DNA of 64,000 nucleotides from Escherichia coli (GTDB lineage Bacteria; Pseudomonadota; Gammaproteobacteria; Enterobacterales; Enterobacteriaceae): NCBI RefSeq assembly GCF_009931435.1, contig NZ_CP043414.1; one strand, 5' to 3'. Shown piece by piece: positions 62,320 to 64,000 of this stretch (position 1 is its first letter; each line of letters starts with the position of its first letter). The notes under the pieces were generated by a model. It saw only the letters and a program-made list of their open reading frames with translations, ran no database searches and was not told where the DNA came from. The position numbers and the translations under genes were made by a program.

Positions 62320-63467
62320 TGACATGGCCATCTGTCACGATTGAACAGTACAACACATTCAGCAGTTCACCGGACGGCGTGGAAAATACGCTGCTGTTTG
62401 TGGGCAATGCACAAAACAACAAAGGTGAGGTTCTGCCGGTTAATGCCAACAGCGATCTGGATGAGCTACTGGGAAAGAACGCCAGCCCGCTGAAGAACTT
62501 CCTTCAGTCTGCACTGACCAATGCCGGACAGAATGCCTTTTTCTATGTTGCCGTTCTGCCGGAAGCCGGCAAAGGCAAAGAAGCAACGCCAGCCTGCCAG
62601 GTATGGCAGAACGCCATACTGGCGGCTCAGGAAACTGTTTCAGTTGAAGGCGTGGTGATCACCGAGCCGGTCAGCACGAAGGATGACATCAACGCCATAC
62701 AGGCGTTACGTCAGACCATCATCAATAAATATCAGCGCCGCATCTGGTTCATCCTGACCATCGCCGCCAACGACAACAGTAAAACCTGGGCGGAATACGT
62801 TGCCGAACTGACCGCACTACAGAAAGGCATTGCAGCCCCGCAGGTCATGCTGGTTCCGGAGATTTTTGGATTTGAACCGGGCGTTCTTGCCGGTCGCCTG
62901 TGTAACAGCGCCGTCACCATTGCTGACAGTCCGGCACGTGTGGCAACCGGGCACCTGTCCGCACTGAAAACCACAGAACGCCCGAAAGACAGCACAGGGC
63001 AGGCAATTGATCTCGACACTCTGCAGGCACTGGCAACCGCCCGCTACAGCGTGCCCATGTGGTATGCCGACTATGACGGCCTTTACTGGGCTGACGGTGT
63101 AACACTTGAGGTGGAAGGCGGGGACTACAACGTCATTGAGCATGTCCGCATTGCTGATAAGGTGGCGCGCCGCGTGCGGCTGATGGCCATCCCCAAGATT
63201 GCCGACCGCTCGCTGAACAGCACGCCGGGCAGCATTGCCGCACATGAAACGCTGTTTGCCCGCCCACTGCGTGCCATGGCGAAATCCATGCAAATTAACG
63301 GCATCACGTTTCCGGGCGAAGTGAAATCGCCCCGGAAAGGCGACGTGGTTATCACCTGGCAGGACGAAAAGACGGTCAGCATCAGCATTGTCGTCCGCCC
63401 TTACGCCTGCCCTAAAACCATCAAAGTGGGCATTCAGCTGGATAAATCTCTGGAGGAAAACGCATGA
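62320..63467 (+). CDS. Putative tail sheath-like structural protein (382 aa)
   Basis: Internal ATG at 62320 (MTWPSVTIEQ...); large structural protein directly upstream of a small tube-like protein. Confidence 0.4.
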
Positions 63468-63919
63468 CGACCCGCATTAACGGCATGGCGTTTGACACTT
63501 TTATCGGTGGAACGGATATCCATGTGAAAAGCATCTCACTGGACATCAGCGATGAAAGCGCCGTTGCCAAAACCCGTGGCATCCCTGACGGTAAACTGCG
63601 CGGCCCTGTCAGTGCCGAAGGTGAAATCGAAATGAGTACCCGCAGCTTTAACCAGCTCGGGGAAGTGGCTGCTCAGGCGGGATCGTGGCGTGACCTGCCG
63701 CCAATGGATTTTGTGTTTTACGCCAATACGGGAACCGAAGAAATCCGCGTTGAAGCCTTCGGTTGTGAGCTGATGCTTTCTGGCCTGTTAAGCATTGACA
63801 CCGAGAGCGCAGATCTGACCACGCACAAAATCAAGTACGTGGTGGCAAGCCCTGACTTTGTGCGTATCAACGGCGTGCCCGTTCTCTCAGAGAACGACGT
63901 GCGCGGACTGATGGGGTGA
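63464..63919 (+). CDS. Putative tail tube-like protein (151 aa)
   Basis: Overlapping start (ATGA) with the sheath-like gene. Confidence 0.4.
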   Translation: MTTRINGMAFDTFIGGTDIHVKSISLDISDESAVAKTRGIPDGKLRGPVSAEGEIEMSTRSFNQLGEVAAQAGSWRDLPPMDFVFYANTGTEEIRVEAFGCELMLSGLLSIDTESADLTTHKIKYVVASPDFVRINGVPVLSENDVRGLMG

Positions 63920-63922
63920 ACC

Positions 63923-64000
63923 ATGCAGGAGCATGAGCGCACCATTATCACTCTGGGCATTCTGGGCGGAATCGCTGCCGCAAGTCGGGTGCTGGCTGGC
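63923..64000 (+). CDS. Phage ORF, partial (runs off window); possible tail assembly chaperone
   Basis: ATG 63923 directly after the tube-like gene; reads MQEHERTIITLGILGGIAAASRVLAG. Confidence 0.3.
   Translation, partial: MQEHERTIITLGILGGIAAASRVLAG

Larger units (their letters stand above)
43340..64000. mobile_element. P2-family prophage, left part (int to tail genes; right end beyond window), inserted beside pheL
   Basis: Contiguous phage module set: int, C repressor, cox-like, rep A, ogr-like, portal Q, terminase P, scaffold O, capsid N, terminase small subunit M, head completion L, tail genes. Confidence 0.85.

Overview
Enterobacterial (E. coli-like) chromosome segment, reverse-complemented relative to the K-12 map, with three parts. 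(1) Positions 1-25018 are the distal part of an ssrA(tmRNA)-associated genomic island: a scrambled pin invertase remnant, a YpjA-like autotransporter, an AlpA-like regulator, then about 17 kb of AT-rich mosaic cargo. The cargo holds several uncharacterised small-gene cassettes, a MOBQ-type relaxase with a divergent MobC-like gene and a candidate oriT, an orphan type IV pilin pair (pilS/pilV-like), a two-gene Lamassu-like operon (Mrr-like nuclease plus SMC-like ATPase), an integrase C-terminal remnant and an intact P4-type integrase next to ssrA. (2) Positions 25019-43270 are conserved core genes: ssrA, smpB, ratA/ratB, bamE, recN with LexA boxes, nadK, grpE with a sigma32 promoter, yfjD, ypjD, ffh, rpsP-rimM-trmD-rplS, yfiB-dgcN-yfiR, yfiL, aroF-tyrA, pheA and pheL. 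(3) Positions 43340-64000 are the left part of a P2-family prophage inserted beside pheL: integrase, C-type repressor, cox-like gene, an array of small early genes including an SPFH-domain lipoprotein, replication protein A, a parM/parR partition module, an Rrf2-family regulator, an Ogr-like zinc finger, and portal/terminase/scaffold/capsid/head-completion genes followed directly by tail genes. The best candidates for an undescribed system are the four-gene cassette at 9228-12089 (ending in a coiled-coil Mrr-like nuclease) and the two-gene operon at 14088-15204; the Lamassu-like operon, the orphan pilin pair and the parMR/Rrf2 cargo in the prophage also deserve a second look. All calls rest on reading the sequence and translations and on recalled family motifs; no database search was run.
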